Shown in pieces: positions 22,471 through 33,668 of a stretch of DNA of 64,000 nucleotides. Origin of the DNA: Hyphomicrobiales bacterium (GTDB taxonomy: Bacteria > Pseudomonadota > Alphaproteobacteria > Rhizobiales > JACESI01). The DNA lies in assembly GCA_039989895.1 (NCBI GenBank), contig JBDXGY010000003.1:21141-85140 (forward strand), written 5' to 3'. The notes under the pieces were generated by a model, which saw only the letters and a program-made list of their open reading frames with translations, was not told where the DNA came from and did not search any database. Each line of letters opens with the position of its first letter. Within the stretch, counting starts at the first letter, position 1. The translations under genes were made by a program, and so were the position numbers.

Positions 22471-23802
22471 ATGGCATTTGAAAGCCCTGATGATATTATT
22501 GCCCGCCTGACGATGACTTTTCCACCGGGCTATGATCTGGCGCTCACACGGGTGTTGAGCCTGCTTGAGCGACTGGGCAACCCACACCTTGATATTCCGC
22601 CTGTCATCCATGTGGCTGGCACTAATGGCAAAGGCTCGACCATCGCTTTCATGCGCTCTATTTTGGAAGCCGCAGGTAAAAGCGTTCATGTGCATAGCTC
22701 CCCCCATTTGGTCAGATATAACGAGCGGTTTCGCTTAGCCAGCGGACCGGGGGAAAGCACCTTTGTGGATGACGATAGTTTTGCTCAAGCATTGCTTAGG
22801 GTGGAGCGGATCAATGGCGGTGAAGATATTACCGTGTTCGAGCTTTTAACGGCTGTCGCTTTCGTGCTCTTTTCTAGCAATCCAGCAGATTTTACACTGC
22901 TTGAAGTAGGCCTTGGCGGTCGGCTTGATGCAACCAATGTTATCGCCCCTCCCCTTGTCAGCGTCATCACCTCTATTGCCCTCGATCATCAAGGGTTTTT
23001 GGGGGACACAATAGAAAAAATTGCTGCCGAAAAAGCCGGTATCATCAAGAGCGGCGCCCCAGTTGTTATCGGACCACAGACGAGTGATCTTGTGAGTGAC
23101 GTTCTTGATTATGCGGTTGCTCGCGCTGGCACCACGGCCCAGCATGCCGGACAAGAATGGATGGCATGGTCGGAAAATGGCAGGCTTATTTTTCAAGATG
23201 AAGAAGAATTGCTTGACCTCGATATGCCCCGACTTGCAGGGCATCACCAAATAGCCAATGCAGCAACGGCGATCGCCGCCCTAAAAGCAGCGGGCCTCGG
23301 ACTTGATACAGATATCATAGAAACAGGCCTGCAAAATGTTTACTGGCCTGGCCGATTGCAAAAACTGCAACAAGGCGCCTTGGTTGATCAGGCAATGAGT
23401 GAGACGGAAATCTGGCTTGATGGCGGGCACAATCCGGCAGCAGGGCAAGCAATTGCAAGTGCAATGGCCGATCTAGAGGAACGTGTTGAACGTCCGCTGT
23501 TTTTAATCGTGGCCTTGTTGAATACAAAAGAGCCAGTTGGTTATTTTGAACCTTTTGCTGATTTGGCACGTCATTGCTTCACGGTACCGCTGAACAACAC
23601 AGAAAATGCGATTGACCCAAGTGAGCTTGCAGAATATGCACTCAAAGCTGGCGTATCAGCTGAGCCAGCAAACAGTGTAGAAGATGCGTTGAAGTTGATG
23701 GCGAAAAATTGGCAATATGAAAGCCCGCCACGTGTTCTGATTTCCGGTTCGCTTTATCTCGTCGGGGAAGTCTTAGAGCGTAATGGGACGCCCCCTGAAT
23801 AA
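22471..23802 (+). CDS. folC: Bifunctional folylpolyglutamate synthase / dihydrofolate synthase
   Basis: HVAGTNGKGST P-loop in a Mur-ligase fold. The ATG at 22471 is 8 nt after the accD stop. The track's longer start at 22372 lies inside accD. Confidence 0.9.
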   Translation: MAFESPDDIIARLTMTFPPGYDLALTRVLSLLERLGNPHLDIPPVIHVAGTNGKGSTIAFMRSILEAAGKSVHVHSSPHLVRYNERFRLASGPGESTFVDDDSFAQALLRVERINGGEDITVFELLTAVAFVLFSSNPADFTLLEVGLGGRLDATNVIAPPLVSVITSIALDHQGFLGDTIEKIAAEKAGIIKSGAPVVIGPQTSDLVSDVLDYAVARAGTTAQHAGQEWMAWSENGRLIFQDEEELLDLDMPRLAGHHQIANAATAIAALKAAGLGLDTDIIETGLQNVYWPGRLQKLQQGALVDQAMSETEIWLDGGHNPAAGQAIASAMADLEERVERPLFLIVALLNTKEPVGYFEPFADLARHCFTVPLNNTENAIDPSELAEYALKAGVSAEPANSVEDALKLMAKNWQYESPPRVLISGSLYLVGEVLERNGTPPE

Positions 23803-23811
23803 GAGTTATTG

Positions 23812-25647
23812 ATGGAAATAAAGCCAACTATGGGTGATCTCCAGCATAAAAAACTGGGTGTGCTGCGTGATATCTTTGGCTATCAAACCTTTCGCGATGG
23901 TCAGGAAGAAGTAGTCGATTGCTTGTTGGAGGGAACGAGCATTCTGGCTGTGATGCCAACAGGTGCTGGTAAGTCACTTTGTTTCCAAGTGCCTGCCCTC
24001 ACCATGGGTGGGCTGTGCGTGGTTGTCTCGCCTCTAGTTGCTTTGATGGAAGATCAGATTGCAGCCTTGAGGCTTGCAGGCGTTGAGGCGGATGCCATTA
24101 ATTCTGCGCGTGACCGTGAAGCAAACATAGCGACATGGCGCAAAGCTGCCTGCGGTGAACTCTCCATCCTTTATATGGCACCAGAACGCTTAATGACGGA
24201 TCGTATGCTCAATGCCATATCGCGCCTGCCTATCACCTTATTTGCTATTGATGAAGCGCATTGTATGTCGCAATGGGGACCCGCGTTTCGCCCTGAATAT
24301 GCACAACTCGGCAAGCTATCAGATAGCTTCCCCAATGTACCGATAGCTGCCCTAACCGCCACCGCTGATGAAGCAACCCGCAAAGATATTGCAACACAAC
24401 TTTTCGCCGGTCCCCACAAAGTTTTCGTTGCAGGCTTTGACAGGCCCAATATCAAGCTTGCAGTGTCATCCAAGGACAGCTGGAAAGACCAGCTGCTTGA
24501 TTTTATCCTTCCACGCCGCGCCTCAAACGGTATTGTTTATTGTCTATCACGCAAAAAAACGGAAGAAGCGGCTGAACTGTTGCGTGACCATGACATCAAC
24601 GCTCTCGCTTATCACGCTGGTTTGAACACCGAAGTGCGTACAGAAAATCAAAATCGGTTTGTTACCGAAGAGGGTGTTGTGATTTGCGCCACCATTGCTT
24701 TTGGTATGGGTATCGACAAGCCAGATGTACGCTATGTTTTTCATACGGATTTGCCCGGCAGCGTAGAGGCTTATTATCAAGAAATTGGCCGGGCGGGGCG
24801 TGATGGGAAACCGGCAGAAGCCCATATGCTTTTTGGTCCCGGGGACATTCGCCTCAGACGCCAATTCATCGATCAGGAAGACAGTGATAATGATCGCAAA
24901 TGGCGTGAAAACCAACGCCTTGATGCATTAATCAATTATGCCGACGCCCTCACATGCAGACGCCAAGCCTTGCTTACTTATTTTGGTGAAAGCCACGAGC
25001 CTTGTGGCAATTGTGATATTTGCCTCAATCCACAAGAACTAACTGATGGTACCGATGATGCGCTTACGGTGTTTGACGCAATTTTTGAAACGAATGAAAT
25101 ATATGGCCAATCGCATATCATTGATGTCTTGCGGGGAGCTAATACCGAAAAAATCAAAAAAGCCAGCCATGACGACCTGGAGTGCTTTGGCAGTGGCAAT
25201 GGCTACAGCAAGGCTTTATGGCAATCGTTGATACGGCAAATGATCTCTATCGGTTTTCTTGAGGTGGATGTCGCAGGATATGGCGGATTGAAAATTACCA
25301 AGAAGGGCAATGATCTTTCGCGCGGTAAAGAGACATTTTTATATCGCAAACAGGAAGCAAAACCGCCATCGAAGAAATCTCGTGAAAAGAAAAAATCCAT
25401 TGCAGAAACGCGCGATATTTCTGACCGTGATCTTGGACTTTTGTCAGCGTTAAAACAAAAACGACTAACGATTGCCAAAGCGCGCGGCGTGCCAGCTTAT
25501 GTTATTTTCCCTGACAGAACGCTAGAAGATATGGCTGTTGTGCGCCCTTCAACCCTTGATGAAATGATAAGAGTCAAAGGTGTGGGGAAAGCAAAGTTGA
25601 AGAATTTTGGCGATGAGTTTTTGGCTGTGATTGCCGATAGCCCATAG
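23812..25647 (+). CDS. recQ: ATP-dependent DNA helicase RecQ
   Basis: FGYQTFRDGQEEVV, MPTGAGKSLCFQ and DEAHCMSQWG (DEAH) motifs, a zinc-binding CGNCDIC, and a C-terminal HRDC region. Confidence 0.93.
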   Translation: MEIKPTMGDLQHKKLGVLRDIFGYQTFRDGQEEVVDCLLEGTSILAVMPTGAGKSLCFQVPALTMGGLCVVVSPLVALMEDQIAALRLAGVEADAINSARDREANIATWRKAACGELSILYMAPERLMTDRMLNAISRLPITLFAIDEAHCMSQWGPAFRPEYAQLGKLSDSFPNVPIAALTATADEATRKDIATQLFAGPHKVFVAGFDRPNIKLAVSSKDSWKDQLLDFILPRRASNGIVYCLSRKKTEEAAELLRDHDINALAYHAGLNTEVRTENQNRFVTEEGVVICATIAFGMGIDKPDVRYVFHTDLPGSVEAYYQEIGRAGRDGKPAEAHMLFGPGDIRLRRQFIDQEDSDNDRKWRENQRLDALINYADALTCRRQALLTYFGESHEPCGNCDICLNPQELTDGTDDALTVFDAIFETNEIYGQSHIIDVLRGANTEKIKKASHDDLECFGSGNGYSKALWQSLIRQMISIGFLEVDVAGYGGLKITKKGNDLSRGKETFLYRKQEAKPPSKKSREKKKSIAETRDISDRDLGLLSALKQKRLTIAKARGVPAYVIFPDRTLEDMAVVRPSTLDEMIRVKGVGKAKLKNFGDEFLAVIADSP

Positions 25648-25650
25648 AAA

Positions 25651-25674
25651 AGCCGAAGATTTTCATCTTCGGCT
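25651..25674. terminator. Shared hairpin between the convergent recQ and trxA genes
   Basis: AGCCGAAGAT-TTTC-ATCTTCGGCT is a 10-bp perfect stem. The minus-strand reading is followed by TTTTC, so it is most likely the trxA terminator. Confidence 0.5.
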
Positions 25675-25699
25675 TCGTCCGGTTTAATGAAAATCGCCT

Positions 25700-26020
25700 T
25701 TAGGCGCTTTCAGTAATCCACTTAGCAAGATCACCCTTAGGTGCGGCACCCACTTTCATAGAAGTCGCCTCGCCATCTTTAAAGACCATCAATGTTGGAA
25801 TGGAGCGCACACCATATTTGATGGCTGTCGCATTGTTCTCGTCAATATTGAGTTTGACGATTTTTACCTTGTCGCCCATTTCTTCTGAAATTTCTTCAAG
25901 TGCTGGACCAATCATTTTGCATGGGCCACACCATTCTGCCCAGAAGTCGACAACGACCGGTGTTTCAGAGTTGATAACATCCTGATCGAATGTTGCGTCG
26001 GATACGACTTCAGTAGCCAT
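25700..26020 (-). CDS. trxA: Thioredoxin
   Basis: 106 aa with the WAEWCGPCK active site. Confidence 0.95.
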   Translation of the reverse strand: MATEVVSDATFDQDVINSETPVVVDFWAEWCGPCKMIGPALEEISEEMGDKVKIVKLNIDENNATAIKYGVRSIPTLMVFKDGEATSMKVGAAPKGDLAKWITESA

Positions 26021-26193
26021 GATAAACCTCTTATTTGTATGAGCTGTTAACGCTCAATTTTCACTATACTTACAGTGATTCCCCGAGAAACAAAATTACC
26101 GTGGGATTTCCCCCACTCATATGAACTCTAGAAATAAGCTCTCAGCTGCACATTGCAAGTGCCATATTTATTTTCAAACAAAAGAACAATGTT

Positions 26194-29100
26194 TCATATA
26201 GTTTTAAGTGCTTGTATTAAATCACTTTCTGCTAAAGGCATCAATACAGGGCCATTGGTCCAAAGTAGGGATGCTTTGATATGTTTATCAGGAAACATTG
26301 GCATCAATAACGCACGATAAAGGGCAAGTTGGCGCCTATAAACCTTGGGTGCATTGGTTGGGTGGTCGGGCACACTGCGATTTGTTTTGAAATCTACAAT
26401 GTGAACAGTGTCGTCAACGATAATAAGCCGATCTATTTCGCCGCGCACCTTGTACGTGGCGCCGTTAATTGTAATCGTGCCATAGACCGGCACTTCGCTT
26501 CGGGCATTTGGCACAGCAAACAAAGAGCCCGTGAGTGGGCTTTCTAAAACACGCAACACTTCCTCAGTGATCGCGCCATGCACGGCATCATCTATGTCGG
26601 ACAAATTACTGCTTAGATACCGCAGCGCTGTCGCTTCCCGCTGTGACGGAGTGATCGATGGCAGGCGCTCTAGAAGTCGGTGCATCAATAGCCCGCGTTT
26701 TATGGGGTCCACGCCTAAAAATGCTTCGCCCGTTGTGTCTGTGGTGCCTTCAATTTCATCGTGTCCACCTGTACGCGATGGCGCTATGGATTGAGCGACT
26801 GGCACGTGAGGAACGACACTTGTGGCAAGCCAATCTGGTTTATGAACCGGTGCCTCCAAAATACTTTCGCTCTCTTGGGCACTCAAAGGTGCCGCTTTAC
26901 TTGAAGCCCAACGCCACGCGATAGTTTCGCCTGCCTCATCAACAATCGGCGTTGTATACTCGTGCTCTGACAGCGCTTTATGGGTTATCTCATACCAGCC
27001 CTGCTTTGGGGGGTCGCCCTTTTCTGATGCCGTGGAGAAAAGATAAAGCCTGTCGCGCGCGCGGGTCATAGCGACATATAAAAGACGATAGTATTCAGCC
27101 ATTGCCTCCGATTTCTCTCGCTCAATGGCATCATTTTGCGCCGTTGTTTTGTGCTCGCTTGAGCGTTTCCAGATGTAAGGCTCGTTGCCCTCTTGCCCAA
27201 GACCTAAAATATCTGGCTGGTGAGAGGCGTGAACCGGCGCACTGCCATCAATCAAAAATACGATTGGCGCTTCAAGACCCTTTGAGCCATGCACGGTCAT
27301 CACACGAGCCTCATCGCGCGCGCTTTCCATGTCCCGTTTAATTTCCACAGCACCGTTTCTAAACCATGAGACAAAGCCTTGAAGGCTTGGCACTTCCGTT
27401 TGTTCATAGGTTTGAACTTGCGTGAGAAAAGCTTCCAGCAGTTCGTCGGTCTCTCGTCCGAGCCCTTGAAGAAAGGCCTCGCGACCATGATCGCGCGATA
27501 ATACATTCAGAAAAAAATCATACGGCGGCACAAAATCCGCTTCGCTCCGCCATGCATCAAGCTTTTCATAAGCGCTGACAAAGCGTGAATCACCCTCTCG
27601 TCCGCGCAGATAAAGCTCTTTCCACAAAGTACCCGTACGATTATGGGCAAGCGCAAAAAGATCATCTTCAGTGAGGCTTATTAGCGGACTTTTCAAAAGA
27701 CCTGCGAGCGCCAAATCATCTTCAGACAACAGCACAAAGTCAGCCAAAGCCAGCAGATCGAGGATCGCAATATTATCCATGAGCTTGAGACGGTCGGAAC
27801 CGGCAACGGCTATGCCATGGGCCTTCAGCGCCCGATTTATAGCATCCACCTGCGCCCCGCGTTTACGGGTTAAGATCAAAATATCTCCTGCAGTAATAAG
27901 CGTGCCCGTGCCTTCAAGGCGCTCCGACTTATCAAGCATATTCTTGATGGTTTTAGCGACCTTCTCAGCAAGCCGTACTTGCTCGGATTGTTCGCCAAGC
28001 TGATCCATCGGTTGCCACCATGCACCTTTGTGCACGGCTTTTGTCGGTTTAGCGAAGGGTGCCCAGAACTCCACAAAGCCCGGCTGGTTTTGTCGCGCCG
28101 CCGTGTGGTCCTCATATTCCTCTGTGAGATAGCCCTTTATCGCATCATTGCCACAAACAATATCAACCGCGCCAAGCACATCAGCTGTTGAGCGAAATGA
28201 AAGTGAGAGCGCTATTTTTTCAAAGCGCTTTTCTGCATTTTGGGCTTTGGTCAAAAAATGCTTGCGCATTTCGCCAAATTTCTCAGGTGACGCGCCTTGG
28301 AAGGAATAGATAGATTGCTTTTCATCACCAACGGCGAACAACGTGCGGTTTTGGGTGCGCGCACCCTCACCACTAAAAAATTCGTCGGCTAAATGTTTAA
28401 TCACATCCCACTGGCGGGGGCTGGTGTCTTGTGCCTCGTCCACTAATATATGATCCAAACCCTGATCTAGCTTATAATGCACCCAAGCAGCAGCATCTGG
28501 CTTTTCTAATAAATCAGCCGACTTGTGAATGAGGTCGTCAAAATCCATCATGCCGCTTGCTGATTTACGCCCAGTATAAGATTTTGCAACAGCCGACCCA
28601 AGCGTCAACAAAGCTTGCGTCGCTTCAATCGTATGGATAGCTTTTTGCTTATCCAGAAGATCAAGCAAACGCTCTTGTTCTTGTGTCAGCCGCTCTTCAA
28701 GGTCTGAAAAATTCCCGATAATATCTTTTGAAGCGACACTACCTAATTTTTTCGCCTCACCCTTTTTGGTGAAGAAAAAATCGAACATCGCATTTTGACG
28801 TTCAGCGATTGGAGCTGTTGAAAGAATAATGGCGATAAGGTCTGCTTGCGCCTGAAACTTTACCGAGCTCGCAGCAAGCTCTTGCCGCAGACTTTCCATA
28901 TAAACAGGAGGAAAATTTGGTAGCTCCATCATCTGCTCTTGAAAGCCCGCAATCGTATCATTGGCACCAAGATTGAAATAATCCCGCAAACCTTCAACGG
29001 CACCGACAACACCGCCAAGCTCTTCAATCCAGTCAAGCAATGTCTGCTGCTTGCTTAAGAAGTTGCGCAACGCTTTTTCGTAGCCCATGTCTGAAGCATG

Positions 29101-29664
29101 AGCGATGGCGATGGACAGATTGGTTGCAATTACACCGTTTGGATTATGGGCCGCCTCCATCAAGACATCGCGCTCAGCTTCATGCAATAATTTCTCTTTG
29201 CCCACATCGTCCAGCACTTCAAAATGTCCCGCCACATTGGCCTCTACTGGGAACTGATGCAGCAAGCGTTCGCAGAACGCGTGGATGGTCTGAATTTTCA
29301 AGCCACCCGGCGTCTCCAAGGCCTTTGCAAAAAGTCGCCGGGCCTCGCGCATTTGTTCATCCCTTGGCGCCTTGCCTGTAAGCTCAACAATCTCATTGTA
29401 AAGGTCGCTATCGGCGGCGGTTGTCCATTCGGCCAAGGCTTTGAAGACGCGCTCTGACATTTCAGCAGCAGCGGCCTTAGTAAAGGTAAGACACAAGATT
29501 TTTGATGGCTCCGCCCCTTCTAACAAAAGCCGTATGACGCGCCGCGATAAAACATAGGTTTTGCCTGAGCCTGCGTTAGCACCCACCCATGCGGAAAGCG
29601 CAGGATTAGACGCCGTTGCTTGGCGCATACGTACATTATCATCAATCGTGAGACTATTGCTCAT
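26194..29664 (-). CDS. addA: Double-strand-break repair helicase AddA (UvrD-like helicase + C-terminal nuclease)
   Basis: 1156 aa. GSGKTYVL Walker A, UvrD motifs, and a C-terminal PD-(D/E)XK region (IDRLIIVDDTVHIVDFKT). Overlaps the addB stop by 4 nt. Confidence 0.9.
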   Translation of the reverse strand: MSNSLTIDDNVRMRQATASNPALSAWVGANAGSGKTYVLSRRVIRLLLEGAEPSKILCLTFTKAAAAEMSERVFKALAEWTTAADSDLYNEIVELTGKAPRDEQMREARRLFAKALETPGGLKIQTIHAFCERLLHQFPVEANVAGHFEVLDDVGKEKLLHEAERDVLMEAAHNPNGVIATNLSIAIAHASDMGYEKALRNFLSKQQTLLDWIEELGGVVGAVEGLRDYFNLGANDTIAGFQEQMMELPNFPPVYMESLRQELAASSVKFQAQADLIAIILSTAPIAERQNAMFDFFFTKKGEAKKLGSVASKDIIGNFSDLEERLTQEQERLLDLLDKQKAIHTIEATQALLTLGSAVAKSYTGRKSASGMMDFDDLIHKSADLLEKPDAAAWVHYKLDQGLDHILVDEAQDTSPRQWDVIKHLADEFFSGEGARTQNRTLFAVGDEKQSIYSFQGASPEKFGEMRKHFLTKAQNAEKRFEKIALSLSFRSTADVLGAVDIVCGNDAIKGYLTEEYEDHTAARQNQPGFVEFWAPFAKPTKAVHKGAWWQPMDQLGEQSEQVRLAEKVAKTIKNMLDKSERLEGTGTLITAGDILILTRKRGAQVDAINRALKAHGIAVAGSDRLKLMDNIAILDLLALADFVLLSEDDLALAGLLKSPLISLTEDDLFALAHNRTGTLWKELYLRGREGDSRFVSAYEKLDAWRSEADFVPPYDFFLNVLSRDHGREAFLQGLGRETDELLEAFLTQVQTYEQTEVPSLQGFVSWFRNGAVEIKRDMESARDEARVMTVHGSKGLEAPIVFLIDGSAPVHASHQPDILGLGQEGNEPYIWKRSSEHKTTAQNDAIEREKSEAMAEYYRLLYVAMTRARDRLYLFSTASEKGDPPKQGWYEITHKALSEHEYTTPIVDEAGETIAWRWASSKAAPLSAQESESILEAPVHKPDWLATSVVPHVPVAQSIAPSRTGGHDEIEGTTDTTGEAFLGVDPIKRGLLMHRLLERLPSITPSQREATALRYLSSNLSDIDDAVHGAITEEVLRVLESPLTGSLFAVPNARSEVPVYGTITINGATYKVRGEIDRLIIVDDTVHIVDFKTNRSVPDHPTNAPKVYRRQLALYRALLMPMFPDKHIKASLLWTNGPVLMPLAESDLIQALKTI

Positions 29665-32600
29665 GTCTCATCCTCATCTTCTGTGACCTGCCATTCTTTG
29701 ACGCGAGCGAGATGGTCATAATCGCCCTCAAAGCGAAATGTGAAATCAGGACGTGGACGAGACATATAGCCTTGCTCTGGATCACGATATTGACGGATAA
29801 GGTCGACAAGCTGTTGTTCTGCCAGATCGCCAAGGTCGTCAGGCGTGTCTTGGGTTTCCCCCTTTTTTGCTGTGATAAGTGCTGATTTGAATGGGGCTGT
29901 ATCTTCGCGCCCATTAAGCTTCACCCAGCCGAGCTGAGATACAGACCGCGATGAGAAAGGTGCTATACGATCAAATGCTCCCTTTTGTTGCATCGTCACT
30001 TCCAAAGCAAGCTGAGCATTGAGGCCCGATTTTACTTGCTTCGCACTTGGTGGTTCGCCGGTTTTAAAATCAATAATCGACAAGGTGCCATCTTCTAATT
30101 CATCAAGCCGGTCGATCATACCCGATAGAGTAAAGGGCTTTTCATCAACAGCGATATCAACACGGGCATAGATTTCAGAATGGCGTGTGTGGGGCGCTGG
30201 AGCGCGTTCCTTTTCCCAATTAAGATAGGCGCTGGCTATACGCTCGAATCTTGGCCACCAAAGAGCTTTTTGGTCGGGAAAGTCACGCATCTCTTCGTCA
30301 AAAATTTCAGAGCCAATCTCACGTAATCTGGTGAGAGTCGCATCATTGATAATGCCATCCCAGTTTTTATTAAAACGATCCAGTATTTCGTGAATAATCG
30401 TGCCACGCTCGGCGAAGCTTGGAAGTGCACCCAGCGGATCAACTCGTCTTAATTCTAAAATACGATCAGCATAAATAGCATAGGGATCACGCACCCATGC
30501 TTCCACCCGTGTCACCGACAGGTTGGTGGGCCGCACCTCAACCGATGGCTTAGGGTTTGGTCTTTCAGCTGGTGTGTGAGCCCTGTTTTGTGGTCGATCC
30601 AGATGGGCAGCATGTCCGAGATAATGTGCGCCCCGTTCACTCATGGCCTCGGCCAATGGTTCGCCGACAAGAGCCAACAAGCGTTGCAGCCAGCGCGACA
30701 TAACCGTGGGTGTACCACCACGTTTCGCCGCACGCGTAAGCAGCACCTTGCCCACGCCCAACCCTTGGCAAACGTCATGGGCGGCAAGACCAATACGCCG
30801 CTCGGGCGCCTCAAGTTCTAATCCTGCGCGCATACCACGCGACATGAAGGCATCCGTTTGAGCCGCTTTAGGCCAAGCGCCCTCATCAAGCGCTGCAAGT
30901 ACGATAAAGTCAGGACTAAGAAGACGGGCCTCTAATGCGCCAAGAATGAGAATGCGCGGATCTTCTGCCCCCGCTTCCCGCACTGTTCCTGACCCCAAGA
31001 GCGCGCGGAATAATTTTGGATAATGCCCCGCCTCCAACATGAAAGAATGGGCCTCTTCACCCTTGAGAGTTTCAAATCGTTGAACGACGGCTTTTAGAGC
31101 AGGACTATGAGCCGGCTTTTCTTCCATAACTTCTATCAACGCCGCGTGATGGGTCGCGGCAAGTGTGGATAGAGGATAATCTTCGTGACCATCAAACAAC
31201 TTTTCTAGGGGCGTGAATATTTTTATGAGCTGGCTAATGAGTGTCTCAGCCACATCCCAGTCTTCATGAGAGGCATCCGCAATGGCAGGGTGTAATCTGC
31301 CCGCACTTCGGCTTTTTGGTTCACCTTCAGGTTCGCTGCCGGTGATATCAGGAATTTTCGCCGTGCCACTGAGCACATCGGCGCTTACTTGTTCCAATCG
31401 TTTTCGCAGTCCGTGCGTACCCCCAGCAATGCGGGGTCCGCGTAAAATGGCAAGATCCAAAATGCGCGCAGCTCGGCGCACATGCCGCCCCTCCAGACCG
31501 AAGCGAGCGAGAGGATGTTTTAATAGCGCCAAGACTGTTACGGGGTCGAACTGACTTGAAACCGTATCAATAATCAATTGCGCCAATATGGCAGGCGCTG
31601 TTTTGACAAGCGGGCGGCCAGCGGAATCATCAATGCTCAAACCCCATCGCCCAAGCTCTAGCGCCACGCGGCGCGCAAGAGCGCGATCAGGTGTAACCAA
31701 GCAGGCAATGCCCGTGCTGTTTTCAATATAACCGCGCAAGGCGCAAGCGATAGCAAGAGCTTCCTCTGCATCATTTTTGGCATTCACCAAAGCAACATCT
31801 TTAAAGGCGTCCGTTATAGACTGATCACTTATGAGCTTGCGAAGTTCAAACCATTGGTCTGTCACTGGTGCGGGCAGCATGGCCTGTGAGACGATGTTTG
31901 TGCGTTGTGCCAGATCATCGCTACGTCCACCGATGAGCTCTATCTCGCTTGGCTCGATTTTTACAAAATCTTTGATGAGTTGTTTCAAGCCATATTGTGG
32001 ATGCCCACTCATCGCTTTATCGCGGTCTTCACTGCCGCCGATAGCGTCATAGTCATCAGGTCGCATGTTAAGATCAAAACCTGGCAAAACCAGTGCGCCA
32101 TTTTGCAAGCGAGCAACGGTTGCGAGAAATTGTGCCGTTGAAGGCAATGTACCAGTTGAACCTGCGGCAATCACGGGACCCTGCAGAGTGCTGAGTATTT
32201 GTTCTTCTTGAGCGATTAATAAATCTCGACGAGTCGCGGCATCCACCATGCCGCGTTCATCCAGTATTGTGGGCCATATCTCGGTTACAATTTTTAAAAA
32301 TGTTAGGCTCATCTGCCAAAAAGCGGCATAATCATCAGGTACAAGCTTGGCAAGATTTTGCCATGAAATTTTTTCTGTCGCGGCTCTATCAAGAAGATCA
32401 CCAAGATCGGCGGCAAGCCAAGCAGCATCCGCCGGAGACGCTGGCATCAGCAAAGGTTGATCACTCGATTTTACAGGCGTTGATCTGCCTTCTTGAGAAC
32501 GACCCCACTGCATGACAAGTTGTGTTAAAATAAGCTGTCGTGAGAGAGGCGAAAGCGCTGGCGGCACTTCGTTCGGCGCACCATCACGAGGTCGGTTTAA

Positions 32601-32888
32601 ATCATCTTCTTCAAATAATATCGTATCTTCATCCACATCACCAAGAGCACGGATGCGGGGCAAGAGTAGTGTTTTATTAGGGGCCGCATCAAGAAAAGCC
32701 TCTTCTAACAGGCGGGCTGAGCGTTGGGTCGGCAGATAAATGGAGATTTGTGACAACGCTAATGGATCATCTAATTGAAATCCATCGGGCAACAATGTGC
32801 CATCCAGAACATTTGTGACGAGGGTTTTTAAAAACGGCACATCGGCTGGGATAGAATAAACTTTGGCGCGCTGATAACCCTGTGACAT
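29661..32888 (-). CDS. addB: Double-strand-break repair protein AddB (alphaproteobacterial type)
   Basis: About 1075 aa. VYSIPADVPFLKTLV N-terminus and a C-terminal nuclease block (IDRLDELEDGTLSIIDFKTG), paired with addA. The start is taken at MSQGY (32888) to avoid a 41-nt overlap with the upstream gene. Confidence 0.87.
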   Translation of the reverse strand: MSQGYQRAKVYSIPADVPFLKTLVTNVLDGTLLPDGFQLDDPLALSQISIYLPTQRSARLLEEAFLDAAPNKTLLLPRIRALGDVDEDTILFEEDDLNRPRDGAPNEVPPALSPLSRQLILTQLVMQWGRSQEGRSTPVKSSDQPLLMPASPADAAWLAADLGDLLDRAATEKISWQNLAKLVPDDYAAFWQMSLTFLKIVTEIWPTILDERGMVDAATRRDLLIAQEEQILSTLQGPVIAAGSTGTLPSTAQFLATVARLQNGALVLPGFDLNMRPDDYDAIGGSEDRDKAMSGHPQYGLKQLIKDFVKIEPSEIELIGGRSDDLAQRTNIVSQAMLPAPVTDQWFELRKLISDQSITDAFKDVALVNAKNDAEEALAIACALRGYIENSTGIACLVTPDRALARRVALELGRWGLSIDDSAGRPLVKTAPAILAQLIIDTVSSQFDPVTVLALLKHPLARFGLEGRHVRRAARILDLAILRGPRIAGGTHGLRKRLEQVSADVLSGTAKIPDITGSEPEGEPKSRSAGRLHPAIADASHEDWDVAETLISQLIKIFTPLEKLFDGHEDYPLSTLAATHHAALIEVMEEKPAHSPALKAVVQRFETLKGEEAHSFMLEAGHYPKLFRALLGSGTVREAGAEDPRILILGALEARLLSPDFIVLAALDEGAWPKAAQTDAFMSRGMRAGLELEAPERRIGLAAHDVCQGLGVGKVLLTRAAKRGGTPTVMSRWLQRLLALVGEPLAEAMSERGAHYLGHAAHLDRPQNRAHTPAERPNPKPSVEVRPTNLSVTRVEAWVRDPYAIYADRILELRRVDPLGALPSFAERGTIIHEILDRFNKNWDGIINDATLTRLREIGSEIFDEEMRDFPDQKALWWPRFERIASAYLNWEKERAPAPHTRHSEIYARVDIAVDEKPFTLSGMIDRLDELEDGTLSIIDFKTGEPPSAKQVKSGLNAQLALEVTMQQKGAFDRIAPFSSRSVSQLGWVKLNGREDTAPFKSALITAKKGETQDTPDDLGDLAEQQLVDLIRQYRDPEQGYMSRPRPDFTFRFEGDYDHLARVKEWQVTEDEDET

Positions 32889-32892
32889 TCCG

Positions 32893-33630
32893 TCAACCTG
32901 TGGCGTTTTTGATGGCGGCTTCTGCCGCTCCAATGGCTTCAGGCGTGCCTACATGCAACCATGTGCCATCCATATGTGTTCCATAAAGCCGACCAGCCTC
33001 GATTGCCCGATCGAAAAGCACATTGAGCGAGAATTTACCCTGTGGGGCATCTTTAAACAATCGCGGATGGAAAATGGCCGCACTGGCGTAAACATAAGGA
33101 GCCGCGATGTTTTCCTCTCGCCGCTTCAAATGACCACTTGGCTTCATTGTAAAATCACCCAAACCCTCAAAGCCGATTGCCTTAACCGTGGTTGAAAGCA
33201 AAAGAAGCCCATCCATTTTTGTATTATCCCACGTTTCCGCAAGAAGAGTGAAATTAGGTTTTACGCCTTCAATCCAAATAGAATCGGCATTGAGATAATA
33301 AAAAGGCTCATCGCCAAGATGAGGCAATGCTTTGACCGTGCCGCCGCCGGTTTCCAGAAGTTCTTCGCGCTCATTTGAAATGATAATGCGGGGGTTTTGG
33401 CGCTTGGAAACATGCACCTCCACGAGATCCGCAATATAATGGACATTTACAACTGCTTCTTGTGTGCCAGCTTGTGCCAATGCATCCAATCCATAGTCAA
33501 TCAGCGATTTGCCGCATACCTCAATCAATGGCTTTGGCGTTGTCGCTGTTAGAGGGCGCATACGCTTGCCAAGTCCTGCTGCCGCAACGAATGCTTTGGT
33601 TGGATATTGGGGGTTTTGAGTGCCGCTCAC
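32893..33630 (-). CDS. murU: Sugar-1-phosphate nucleotidyltransferase, MurU-like
   Basis: AAAGLGKRMRPLTATTPKPLIEV glycine-rich NTP-transferase loop. Adjacent to an AmgK-like kinase, as in the MurNAc recycling pair. Confidence 0.6.
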   Translation of the reverse strand: MSGTQNPQYPTKAFVAAAGLGKRMRPLTATTPKPLIEVCGKSLIDYGLDALAQAGTQEAVVNVHYIADLVEVHVSKRQNPRIIISNEREELLETGGGTVKALPHLGDEPFYYLNADSIWIEGVKPNFTLLAETWDNTKMDGLLLLSTTVKAIGFEGLGDFTMKPSGHLKRREENIAAPYVYASAAIFHPRLFKDAPQGKFSLNVLFDRAIEAGRLYGTHMDGTWLHVGTPEAIGAAEAAIKNATG

Positions 33631-33668
33631 GCGTTAATTTCCTCGTTATGAAATATTGATAAAGATAG